64,000 bases of DNA from Candidatus Acutalibacter stercorigallinarum (GTDB lineage Bacteria; Bacillota; Clostridia; Oscillospirales; Acutalibacteraceae): NCBI GenBank assembly GCA_019112625.1, contig DXIW01000029.1:2494-66493 (forward strand), in the 5' to 3' direction. Below the pieces are notes generated by a model that ran no database searches, was not told where the DNA came from, and was given only the letters and a program-made list of their open reading frames with translations. How positions within the stretch are numbered: position 1 is the stretch's first letter; every line of letters starts with the position of its first letter. A program made the position numbers and the translations under genes. Positions 1 through 7,840 of the stretch are shown here, in pieces.

Positions 1-2
1 GT

Positions 3-95
3 ACTATGTGGCAAAGTGGCGAGTATGGCAACTCCATTGGAATGATTGTAGAAGCCACAACCGACCCTATGTACATCATAATAAAAATTGACTGA
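3..95 (+). CDS. Probable 3' end of a gene entering the window (partial, unknown product)
   Basis: Open frame TMWQSGEYGNSIGMIVEATTDPMYIIIKID* in lower-GC sequence, followed by a terminator-like hairpin; too short to confirm the frame. Confidence 0.35.
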   Translation, partial: TMWQSGEYGNSIGMIVEATTDPMYIIIKID

Positions 96-105
96 TAGGT
101 ATGGA

Positions 106-133
106 AAAGGAGCTGCCGGGAGGCAGCTCCTTT
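106..133. terminator. Bidirectional intrinsic terminator
   Basis: aaaggagctgcc-ggga-ggcagctccttt perfect inverted repeat between convergent genes. Confidence 0.75.
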
Positions 134-158
134 GTCGCCTTGTGATATGCGCTTTGGC

Positions 159-998
159 TTACTCTTTGGCGGGGAGGGATTCCACCAGATCGGCGGCGGC
201 GTCCAGCCAGGGGCCGTCGAAGAGCTCGATGATGCCGCGGTCGCAGGCGGAGGCCAGCAGGGGGTCCATGGGCAGCTTGCCCAGGACTTTCAGGTCGTAC
301 TTGGCGGCCACCTCGTCGATGTGGCTCTCGCCAAAGACGCGGATCTCTTTTCCGCAGTCGGGACATTTGACGTAGCTCATGTTCTCGATGAGGCCCAGCA
401 CAGGGACGTTCATCAGCTTGGCCATCTCCACGGCCTTAGAGACGATCATGCCCACCAGCTCCTGGGGGGAGGTGACGATGAGGATGCCGTCCACGGGCAG
501 GGACTGGAACACGGTGAGGGGCACGTCGCCGGTGCCGGGAGGCATGTCCACGAACATGTAGTCCACATTACCCCAGTTCACGTCGGTCCAGAACTGCTTG
601 ATGGCCCCGGCGATGACGGGCCCGCGCCACACCACGGGGGAGGTCTCCTCCTCCAGGAGGAGGTTGATGCTCATGACCTGGATGCCGGTTTTGGTGGCCA
701 CGGGGAAGATGCCGGTGTCGTCGGACAGGGCGCGCTGGTGCAGGCCGAAGCACTTGGGGATGGAGGGGCCGGTGATGTCGGCGTCCAGGATGCCCACGGT
801 GTTGCCGCGCCGGCGCAGCAGGGTGGCCAGCATGGAGGTGACCAGGGACTTGCCTACGCCGCCCTTGCCGCTGACCACGCCGATGACCCGCTTGACGTGG
901 CTCATGTCGTTGGTTTTTTCCAAAAAGCTCTGGGGCTGCTGCCGGGAGGGGCAGTCCACCCCGCAGCTGGAACAATCATGGGTGCAGTTTTCGCTCAT
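159..998 (-). CDS. mrp: Mrp/NBP35 (ApbC) Fe-S cluster carrier ATPase
   Basis: SGKGGVGKS Walker A, DADITGPS, WRGP, DMPPGTGD, ENMS..CPDC; N-terminal Cys cluster. Confidence 0.93.
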   Translation of the reverse strand: MSENCTHDCSSCGVDCPSRQQPQSFLEKTNDMSHVKRVIGVVSGKGGVGKSLVTSMLATLLRRRGNTVGILDADITGPSIPKCFGLHQRALSDDTGIFPVATKTGIQVMSINLLLEEETSPVVWRGPVIAGAIKQFWTDVNWGNVDYMFVDMPPGTGDVPLTVFQSLPVDGILIVTSPQELVGMIVSKAVEMAKLMNVPVLGLIENMSYVKCPDCGKEIRVFGESHIDEVAAKYDLKVLGKLPMDPLLASACDRGIIELFDGPWLDAAADLVESLPAKE

Positions 999-1166
999 AG
1001 CTGTTTCCTCTCCTTACGGTGAAGTCTCGTACTCTTTATTGTACCTCTTTTTTTGAAAAAGTAAAGGGAAAAAGGCAGTGAAGGGGGAAAAGTGAAAAGT
1101 GAATAAGGAGGGGGGGAACCCCCTCAGTCACGCCGGGGGTGAGAGGGGGGCGGGAAAAGAAGGGCG

Positions 1167-1313
1167 ACTCCCCCAGTCGCCAAAGGCGACAGCCCCCTCA
1201 GGGAGGGGGGTGAGCGAGCGCCGGTGGCGCTCTGCCGCGAACCGACCGAGCCGGCAGGCGAGACCCCGCCTCCCTCGTTGAGGGAGGTGCCGCCAAGGGC
1301 GGCGGAGGGAGTT
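1167..1313. repeat. REP-like family A: inverted pair of double-hairpin units around a family E core
   Basis: actcccccagtcgcc-aaa-ggcgacagccccctc ... gagggaggtgccgcc-aag-ggcggcggagggagt; core accgagccggcaggcgagac recurs near 5230 and 25563. Confidence 0.75.
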
Positions 1314-1350
1314 TTCTTACGCTGGCGAATTATGCCGAAGCTCACTCTTG

Positions 1351-1455
1351 CCCCCCTCAGTCACGACGGTGTCGTGACAGCTCCCCCATGGGGGGAGCCA
1401 AGACTTGCCTCCCCCTATGGGGGAGGTGTCATCGCGGGGCGATGACGGAGGGGGT
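1351..1455. repeat. REP-like family A inverted pair
   Basis: ccctcagtcacgac..gtcgtgacagctccccc..gggggagcc / gcctccccc..gggggaggtgtcatcgc..gcgatgacggaggggg; closely resembles 19130-19233. Confidence 0.8.
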
Positions 1456-1549
1456 CCGTGTGGGGAGACCGAGTAGAGGCGACAAAATTCCGGCGGGCAC
1501 TGCCCAGAGGAATTTTCCCGTCCCGCGCGGTCACGCGCCCCTCCCCCTG

Positions 1550-1605
1550 CCCCCTCCCGTTGTTATAGTTTGTGTGGGAGAGGGCCTTACTGCAACGGGA
1601 GGGGG
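1550..1605. repeat. Dispersed hairpin repeat family C, copy 1
   Basis: ccctcccgttgttata..tttg..gggccttactgcaacgggagggg; near-identical copy at 18958-19013. Confidence 0.8.
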
Positions 1606-1625
1606 AGAATATTCTATACATCTCA

Positions 1626-1787
1626 TTTCAAAGGGGCTGCGCCCCTTTGAAACCCCTTTTGTGGGAGGCCGGGGGTAAGCGTACCCTTACGGGGGGTGCG
1701 AGGGGGGCGGAGCCCCGCCTCGTAGAGGGGTTGCAAGGGGATTCTTCCCCTTGCGGGGGGATACAAAGGGGGGCCTGTCCCCCTTTG
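1626..1787. repeat. Family B short palindromes (GGGG..AGGGG-loop-CCCCT type): one inverted plus three tandem units
   Basis: caaaggggctgcgcccctttgaaacccc, then ggggtgcgagggggg..ccgcctcg, ggggttgcaagggga..tccccttgc and ggggatacaaagggg..cccctttg; another unit near 19045-19071. Confidence 0.6.
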
Positions 1788-1866
1788 AAGAATGACGAAA
1801 AGGAAAAAAAGGAGGAGAAAGCGAATAAGGAAAAGGGGTCACTCCCCGGTGAGGGGGAGGATGGAG

Positions 1867-1945
1867 GGGCAACGCCGGGCGTGGGCGGAGCCCAGGCGGC
1901 CCCCCGCAGGGGGGCGGGCCGCCGGAGGCGGGCACGGCGTTGCCC
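1867..1945. repeat. Four-way-junction (cloverleaf) element, copy 1
   Basis: Closing stem gggcaacgccg/cggcgttgccc enclosing tgggc-GGA-gccca, gcccccc-GCA-ggggggc and ccgcc-GGA-ggcgg; 6 nt past the kinase stop codon. Confidence 0.7.
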
Positions 1946-1951
1946 GGGGGG

Positions 1952-3400
1952 TCACTCGCCGGTGAGGGGGAGGGCGAACCAGAAGGTGCTGCCCACGCCC
2001 AGCTGGCTCTCCACGCCGTAGCGGCCGCCGTGGAGGTCCATGACGTTTTTCACGATGGAGAGCCCCAGGCCAGTGCCGATCTGGGCCCGCTTGTGGGATT
2101 TATCCACCTTGTAGTAGCGCTGCCAGATGTCCCGGAGCTTATCGGCGGGGATGCCCTCGCCGGTATCGGTGACGGAGATGCGCACCATGCCGTCGCCCAC
2201 GGTCTGGCGCAGGGTGATGGTCTTGTCCGCGCCGGCGTAGGTGATGGCGTTGTTCACCAGGTTATAGACCACCTGGGAGATGCGCAGCTCGTCGGCGGTG
2301 ACGAACACGTCCCGGTCGGCGTAGAAGGGGAAGCGGTAGTCCGCCAGCTTGTCGTAGCGCTGGAGGGTCCGGCGGATGCTGTCTGTGAGATTGAAGCGGG
2401 TCTTGTCCAGGGGGACCACGCCGGCCTCCAGCTTGGACAGGTCCAGCAGGTCGTTGACCAGGTTCGTCAGGCGCTGGGTCTCGTCGATGATGATCTGGAC
2501 GTTTTCGGGGGTGTTCTCCCCGGGCAGGTCCCGCATGACCTCGGCGTAGCCCTCGATCATGGTGAGGGGGGTGCGCAAATCGTGGGAGACGTTGGCCAGG
2601 AGCTCCCGGCGGAGCTCGTCCACCTTGGAGAGCTCGCCGGCGGCGTAGTTGAGGGTCTGGGCCAGCTCGGCGGCCTCCCGGGTGCCGGCGCCCTCGAAGC
2701 GGATGGCGTAGTCCCCCTCCCCCAGCTTTTTGGCGGACTGGTTGATGGCCGCCAGGGGCTTGGCGATGCGCCGGGCGATGAACAGGGCCAGGCCCAGGCC
2801 CAGCACCGCCATGACCAGGGTGAGGCAGAACAGCTGGACCTTCAGGGTGTCCACGGTGGAGTCCACCGGGGTGATTTCGGTCTCGAGAAGGACCATGAGG
2901 GCCTCGCCGCCGGCGTTGCGCTGGATGCGGCCATAGATCACCACCTGGGGGGTGGAGTCCCCCTGGCCCAGGGGGAATTTCTCCTCCAGGCGGCCGCCCT
3001 GGAGGTTGACCTCGTTATAGAGCTGGGCCAGGATCGTCTGGGCGGGGAGGCCGCCCTGGGCCAGGGTCATGCGCAGGGGGCTCTGCTTCTGGGAGGCGTA
3101 GGAGTCCGCCAGGAGGCGGCCGTTCTCGTCGATGACCAGGATGTTGATGTCCGTGTCATAGCACAGGTCCTCCACGGTCTGGCGCAGGGTGTCCTGGGGC
3201 TCGTCCAGCTGGCGGAGGACGGCCTCGGCGGTGTTCTCCACCTGGTCGGTCTTGATGAGCTGGTAGAAGGGGCCCAGGAGGAAGATCTGGAACACCCAGA
3301 GCAGGGCGGCGATGACCAGGGTGAAGGCCCCGAAGCCCAGGAGGATCTGGCCGTAGACCCCCAGGGGCCGGGGGCTGGGACCCCGGTTTTTCCCTTCCAT
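1952..3400 (-). CDS. Membrane sensor histidine kinase (HAMP-HisKA-HATPase_c)
   Basis: Two TM segments, H-box NVSHDLRTPLT, N-box NLVNNAI, DTGEGI, GTGLGLSIV; TGATG overlap with the regulator. Confidence 0.95.
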   Translation of the reverse strand: MEGKNRGPSPRPLGVYGQILLGFGAFTLVIAALLWVFQIFLLGPFYQLIKTDQVENTAEAVLRQLDEPQDTLRQTVEDLCYDTDINILVIDENGRLLADSYASQKQSPLRMTLAQGGLPAQTILAQLYNEVNLQGGRLEEKFPLGQGDSTPQVVIYGRIQRNAGGEALMVLLETEITPVDSTVDTLKVQLFCLTLVMAVLGLGLALFIARRIAKPLAAINQSAKKLGEGDYAIRFEGAGTREAAELAQTLNYAAGELSKVDELRRELLANVSHDLRTPLTMIEGYAEVMRDLPGENTPENVQIIIDETQRLTNLVNDLLDLSKLEAGVVPLDKTRFNLTDSIRRTLQRYDKLADYRFPFYADRDVFVTADELRISQVVYNLVNNAITYAGADKTITLRQTVGDGMVRISVTDTGEGIPADKLRDIWQRYYKVDKSHKRAQIGTGLGLSIVKNVMDLHGGRYGVESQLGVGSTFWFALPLTGE

Positions 3401-4083
3401 CACAGCACCTCGAAGCGGTAGCCCACGCCCCGGAGGGTCACGATAAACTTACTGTAGGGGCCCAGGGACTTGCGCAGCAGCTTGATGTGGGTATCCAGGG
3501 TGCGGTCGTCGCCGTAGAAGTCGTAGCCCCAGACGTTGGTGATGAGCATCTCCCGGGTGAGGGCGATGTTCTTGTTCTGCACCAGGTACACCAGCAGGTC
3601 GTACTCCTTGGGGGAGAGCTCGGCGCGCTGGCCGTCTACGGTGACGATGCGGGCGTCGAAGTCGATGGTGAGGCCCTGAAAGCTCACCGTGTTCCGGTGC
3701 TGGTCCTCCTCCTGGGGGCGCACCCGGTTCATAATGGCGTTTACCCGCATCATCAGCTCTTTGGGGGAGAAGGGTTTGACCACGTAGTCGTCCACCCCCA
3801 GCTCGAAGCCGTGGATGCGGTCGTACTCCTCCCCCCGGGCGGAGAGCATGAGCACCGGGGCCTGGCTCACCTTGCGGATCTCCGCCACGGCGGAGAAGCC
3901 GTCCAGCTCCGGCATCATCACGTCCATGATGATCAGGTCGAATTGTTTGGGGTCTTTCCGGCAGAGCTCCACGGCCTCCATGCCGTTCTCCGCCTCGGTG
4001 ACCGTGTGGCCCTCAAATTCCGCGTACTTGCGGATGAGCATGCGGATCTTGGCCTCGTCGTCTACCACCAGCAAATGGTACAT
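3400..4083 (-). CDS. OmpR/PhoB-family response regulator
   Basis: LVVDDE, DVMMPELDG, KPFS, winged helix RTLDTHIKLLR and TLRGVGYRF; start set at MYHLL after an aaggagg RBS. Confidence 0.95.
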   Translation of the reverse strand: MYHLLVVDDEAKIRMLIRKYAEFEGHTVTEAENGMEAVELCRKDPKQFDLIIMDVMMPELDGFSAVAEIRKVSQAPVLMLSARGEEYDRIHGFELGVDDYVVKPFSPKELMMRVNAIMNRVRPQEEDQHRNTVSFQGLTIDFDARIVTVDGQRAELSPKEYDLLVYLVQNKNIALTREMLITNVWGYDFYGDDRTLDTHIKLLRKSLGPYSKFIVTLRGVGYRFEVL

Positions 4084-4134
4084 ACCGTCTGTCCTCCTTG
4101 GGGGGCGGGTCTCCCCCGCTGTTTTTCTGCTTTT

Positions 4135-4166
4135 AGTGTACCCTCCCTGTGTGAAGGCCAGGTGAA
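4135..4166 (-). promoter_or_regulatory. Candidate OmpR-type autoregulatory box and -10
   Basis: Minus strand TTCAC-N6-TTCAC direct repeat (11-bp period) followed after 10 nt by TACACT. Confidence 0.5.
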
Positions 4167-4197
4167 AGGGAGGGGATTTCTTTTCCTCTTTATGGCA

Positions 4198-4226
4198 AGT
4201 ATAGCGGAAACGAAAAAAAAGCGCAA
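4198..4226 (-). promoter_or_regulatory. Sigma-A-like promoter for the two-component operon
   Basis: TTGCGC-17-TATACT on the minus strand. Confidence 0.5.
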
Positions 4227-4244
4227 GACTGTGGGCTTTCCCTG

Positions 4245-4298
4245 TTGACATTTCGGCAAAAAGGGGGTATGATTAATCTAGAGAAAGTATATAGATTA
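4245..4298 (+). promoter_or_regulatory. Sigma-A promoter with downstream inverted repeat
   Basis: TTGACA-17-TATGAT, then TAATCTA-N11-TAGATTA at 4274-4298. Confidence 0.65.
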
Positions 4299-4349
4299 TC
4301 GTGGGGCGCTACAAAAATAGTTAGAATTTTTATACAAGGAGGAGTCTCT

Positions 4350-4967
4350 ATGCTGCCTGTCATCACCATCGCACGCCAATATGGGAGCGGGGGCCACGAA
4401 GTGGGGGAAAAACTGGCCCAGAAATTGGGTATTCCCTACTACGACAAGGCCCTCATCGCCATGGCCGCCAAGAAGAGCGGCCTGTCGGAGGAGGTGTTTG
4501 CCGACGCCGACGAGAAAGCCACCAGCAGCCTGCTGTACTCTATGGTCATGGGCAGCTATGCCTTTGGGGCCCGGGTGCCGGGCATCAACGAGATGCCCAT
4601 CAACGACAAGCTGTTCATCATCCAGTCGGACATCATCAAAAAGGCCGCGGCGGAGGGGCCCTGCGTCATCGTGGGGCGGTGCGCGGACTACATTTTGCGG
4701 GAGTACGACAACTGCATGAACGTGTTCGTCCACGCGGACAAGGCCGCCCGCATCAAGCGCATTGTGGGCAAGGGCCTGTGTGAGGAGAAGAAGGCCCCGG
4801 ACTTTGTGACGAAGAAAGACAAGCAGCGGGCCAACTACTACAACTTCTACTCCAACAAGCGGTGGGACGACCTGCTGAATTACGACATCACCATCGACAC
4901 CTCCCGGTTCACCATCGAACAGGCGGTGGACCTGCTCATCGACGCGGCCCAAAAGCTGGATAAGTAA
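4350..4967 (+). CDS. Cytidylate kinase-like family protein
   Basis: ITIARQYGSGG P-loop variant, VIVGRCADYIL, DKQRANYYNFY; aaggagg RBS. Confidence 0.88.
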   Translation: MLPVITIARQYGSGGHEVGEKLAQKLGIPYYDKALIAMAAKKSGLSEEVFADADEKATSSLLYSMVMGSYAFGARVPGINEMPINDKLFIIQSDIIKKAAAEGPCVIVGRCADYILREYDNCMNVFVHADKAARIKRIVGKGLCEEKKAPDFVTKKDKQRANYYNFYSNKRWDDLLNYDITIDTSRFTIEQAVDLLIDAAQKLDK

Positions 4968-4984
4968 ACGGGAAGCTATTTCTG

Positions 4985-5018
4985 CCAGGAGCCGGTGTGA
5001 CCGGCTCCTGGTTTTTTT
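4985..5018 (+). terminator. Intrinsic terminator
   Basis: ccaggagccggt-gtg-accggctcctgg followed by a T run. Confidence 0.85.
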
Positions 5019-5026
5019 GTGGGGGT

Positions 5027-5068
5027 TTGGCTCGTGCGCAAAAAGCCCGCCAGGGATTTTTGACCGAG
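5027..5068. repeat. Dispersed repeat family D, copy 1
   Basis: ttggctcgtgcgcaaaaagcccgccagggatttttgaccgag; similar to 18874-18914. Confidence 0.65.
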
Positions 5069-5129
5069 TAAGGTGAGTGTGAGCGAGGATAACTCGGCAA
5101 GGGGTGCTTGCATCTATCCTTCTGGAAAA

Positions 5130-5254
5130 ACTCCCTCCGTCACGCCGGGGGGCGTGACACCTCCCTCATGGAGGGAGGCTGCCTCCCCCATGGGGGGCGC
5201 AGGTGCCCTGTGGGCACCGTTCTGCGCCGACCGAGCCGGCAGGCGAGACGGTGG
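5130..5254. repeat. REP-like family A/E composite
   Basis: actccctccgtcacgcc..ggcgtgacacctccctc..gcaggtgccc.gtgggcaccgttctgcgccg; about 100 nt nearly identical to 25411-25509. Confidence 0.85.
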
Positions 5255-5371
5255 CCCGGCAGGGCCGGGCCGGAAGGGGGCACACCGCAAAGGGGTTTTG
5301 ACGTTACCCCTTGCCCCGGCGGGGAAAATGGAGTACAATGGAGGGGAATCCATTTTACCGAGGGTATTACC

Positions 5372-6430
5372 ATGAAAGTGTTAGACCGCATCTCCCCCCG
5401 GGCGGCCAAGGGGGCCACCCTGGCGCTGCTGGTCCTGGGACTGGGGCTGGTGGCGGCGGCGCTGTACCTCACCTTTGGGGTGGACCGGGGCACCACGGTG
5501 ACCACCTACTCCATGGGCTCGTATGTGCAGCAGACCGTGTACGGCAAAAACCAGGAGGAGGCCGCCCAGCAGGCCGCCAGCGCTGTGACCCAGCTGGAGG
5601 AGCTGATCTCCTGGCGGAAAGAGGACAGCGACGCGGCCCGGCTGAACCAGGCGGCGGGGGAGGATTTTCTGGAGATCGACGGACGGACCTATGAGATTTT
5701 GGAGACCTCGCTGGCGGTGTGTGAGGCAAGCGGCGGGGCCTTTGACGTGACCATCGCGCCGCTGAGCCGGCTGTGGGACTTTGACGGCACCCCCTCCCTG
5801 CCAGAGGACAGCCAGATCCAAGAGATGAAAAGCCGGGTGGACTACACCAGCCTGTCCCTGCTGGAGGACGGCACCGCCGCCCTGCGGAAAAAAGGCACGG
5901 CCCTGGACCTGGGGGCGGTGGGCAAGGGCGCGGCCTGCGACGCCGCGGTGGACGCCTACGCCGCGGCCGATGTGAGCGGCATCGTCTCCGTGGGGGGCAG
6001 CGTGGGGGTCTTCGGGGACAAGCCCGACGGCAGCCTCTGGCGCATCGCCCTGCGGGACCCGGAGAGCCAGGGCTCCCTGGGCACCCTGTCCATCGGGGAG
6101 GGATTTGTGTCCACCTCGGGGAGCTATGAGAAGCAATTCACCCAGGACGGGGTGACCTACCACCACCTGCTGGACCCGGCCATCGGCTACCCCGCGGAGA
6201 GCGGGCTGGTGTCTGTCACGGTGTGGAGCCAGAGCGGGACCCTGAGCGACGCATTGTCCACCGCCTGCTTTGTGCTGGGGAGGGAGGACAGCCTGCCCCT
6301 GCTGGAGCAGTTTGAGGCGGAGGCCATCTTCATCGACGAGGAGCACCACATCACCGCCACGGCGGGATTTGAAAATAGCTTCCAGCTGGAGGGCGGGGAG
6401 TACACCTTAGACATTCTGCCGGCCGCCTGA
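5372..6430 (+). CDS. apbE: FAD:protein FMN transferase (ApbE/FmnB family)
   Basis: N-terminal TM, GAFDVTI, LDLGAVGKG, STSGSYE, YHHLLDP..GYP, DALSTA. Confidence 0.92.
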   Translation: MKVLDRISPRAAKGATLALLVLGLGLVAAALYLTFGVDRGTTVTTYSMGSYVQQTVYGKNQEEAAQQAASAVTQLEELISWRKEDSDAARLNQAAGEDFLEIDGRTYEILETSLAVCEASGGAFDVTIAPLSRLWDFDGTPSLPEDSQIQEMKSRVDYTSLSLLEDGTAALRKKGTALDLGAVGKGAACDAAVDAYAAADVSGIVSVGGSVGVFGDKPDGSLWRIALRDPESQGSLGTLSIGEGFVSTSGSYEKQFTQDGVTYHHLLDPAIGYPAESGLVSVTVWSQSGTLSDALSTACFVLGREDSLPLLEQFEAEAIFIDEEHHITATAGFENSFQLEGGEYTLDILPAA

Positions 6431-6447
6431 CCGGGGAAAGGAGCGCC

Positions 6448-6831
6448 ATGGAACAGCGGAGATTCTTCACCCGCCGGGACCTGCCCTTTTTCGCGGTGCT
6501 GCTGGCCCTGGGAGGGCTGTGCGCGGTACTGCTGGCCCTCTCCCCTGCCGGGACCACCGCCGTGGTGGAGGTGGACGGCCAGGTGGTGCTCACCCGGGAG
6601 CTGTCGCAGCTTGCCGGGACGGAGGAGGTGGCTGTCACCGGGGCGGGGGGCATCGCGTTGACGGTGGAGCTGTCGCCAAAAGGGGCGGCCATCACCAGCG
6701 CCGGATGCCCGGACCAGGTGTGCGTGCGCACGGGGATGCTCACCCGGGCGGGGGAAGCGGCCCTGTGCCTGCCCGCCAGAGTCTCCCTGCGGCTGACTGG
6801 GGACGGCGGCGTGGACGGCGCCACCTACTAG
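6448..6831 (+). CDS. NusG domain II-containing membrane-anchored protein (EetA-like)
   Basis: N-terminal TM and CPDQVCVRTG...LCLP Cys pattern typical of NusG_II/DUF1312. Confidence 0.82.
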   Translation: MEQRRFFTRRDLPFFAVLLALGGLCAVLLALSPAGTTAVVEVDGQVVLTRELSQLAGTEEVAVTGAGGIALTVELSPKGAAITSAGCPDQVCVRTGMLTRAGEAALCLPARVSLRLTGDGGVDGATY

Positions 6832-6844
6832 GAAAGGAGCCTGT

Positions 6845-7354
6845 ATGAAGCGTGTTTCCGCTACCGTGGCCCTGACGGGGCTGCTGGCCGCCCTGGCCCT
6901 GGCCCTCTCCTTTCTGGAGGGGCTGCTGCCCCCTCTCCCCTTTTTGCCGCCGGGGGCCAAGCTGGGGCTTTCCAACATCGTCACCATGTACGCCGCCGGG
7001 ACGCTGGGCCTGCCTTATGCCGTTTTTCTGGCGCTGCTCAAGGGCGGGTTTGCCCTGTTGACCCGGGGAGCGGCGGCGGGCTGTATGAGCCTGGCGGGGG
7101 GGCTGTTCAGCACGGTGTGCATGTGGCTGCTGCTGAAAAAGGCGGGGGCCTCCCTCTCGGTGGTGGGGGTGTGCGGGGCTTTGGCCCACAACGCCGCCCA
7201 GCTCTGCGTGGCATATATCATCACCGCCACGCCGGTGGTGGTCTACCTGCCTTTTTTGCTGGTGTTCGGGGTGCTCTCGGGCTTACTCACCGGGCTGGTG
7301 CTGAAGCTCACCCTGCCGCCCCTCTCCAAGCTGCGAAAATACCTGGGCCTGTAA
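6845..7354 (+). CDS. Gx transporter / heptaprenyl diphosphate synthase component I family membrane protein (EetB-like)
   Basis: PGAKLGLSN, SLAGG and GALAHNAAQL motifs; hydrophobic throughout. Confidence 0.85.
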   Translation: MKRVSATVALTGLLAALALALSFLEGLLPPLPFLPPGAKLGLSNIVTMYAAGTLGLPYAVFLALLKGGFALLTRGAAAGCMSLAGGLFSTVCMWLLLKKAGASLSVVGVCGALAHNAAQLCVAYIITATPVVVYLPFLLVFGVLSGLLTGLVLKLTLPPLSKLRKYLGL

Positions 7355-7381
7355 GGCCTCTTATAGAAAGGACGCGACCTT

Positions 7382-7783
7382 ATGTTCAACCAGATTCCCC
7401 GGAAAAGCTATCAGTTTTTGTTTTTGGTACTGGCCCTGGCCATGATGATCCTCCCCTTTGGGGTGGCCATGCCCTTCTCCGATGGGCCGGACAGCACGGT
7501 GGTGACTGTCTTTCCCTATTTTGACCTGACCCCCTGGGGCTACGGCAACTGGTTCCCCCTGCTGGCGGGGGTGCTCACCCTGGCGGCGCTGGTGCTGCTG
7601 TTCCTCCAAGACAGGAAGGTGAAGGGGAAGCTCCCCATGGCGGTGTGCCTGGGGCTTGCCATGGTGTGCTCGGTGCTGTCCTGGCTGGTGTTTTCCACCT
7701 ATACCGGGGGCAGCCTGGTGATTGTGGTGTTCCAGGGGCTGTGCCTTCTGTTCCAGCTGCTGCCCAAATTGGGGAACTGGTGA
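7382..7783 (+). CDS. Hypothetical membrane protein (about 4 TM)
   Basis: RBS gaaagga, hydrophobic segments, YFDLTPWGYGNWFP; last gene before a terminator. Confidence 0.7.
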   Translation: MFNQIPRKSYQFLFLVLALAMMILPFGVAMPFSDGPDSTVVTVFPYFDLTPWGYGNWFPLLAGVLTLAALVLLFLQDRKVKGKLPMAVCLGLAMVCSVLSWLVFSTYTGGSLVIVVFQGLCLLFQLLPKLGNW

Positions 7784-7791
7784 GACGGGAA

Positions 7792-7838
7792 GAGCCCGCG
7801 CTGGCCGGCGGACGCCGGGGCGCGGGCTCATTTTTTTG
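7792..7838. terminator. Intrinsic terminator between convergent genes
   Basis: gagcccgcg...cgcgggctc followed by a T run. Confidence 0.65.
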
Positions 7839-7840
7839 TG

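Noticed and set aside
1099-2021. Short ORFs in the repeat-rich spacers (also at 5073-5375, 18881-19087 and 25394-25589)
   Set aside because: They are translations of palindromic repeats, with no RBS or protein-like features
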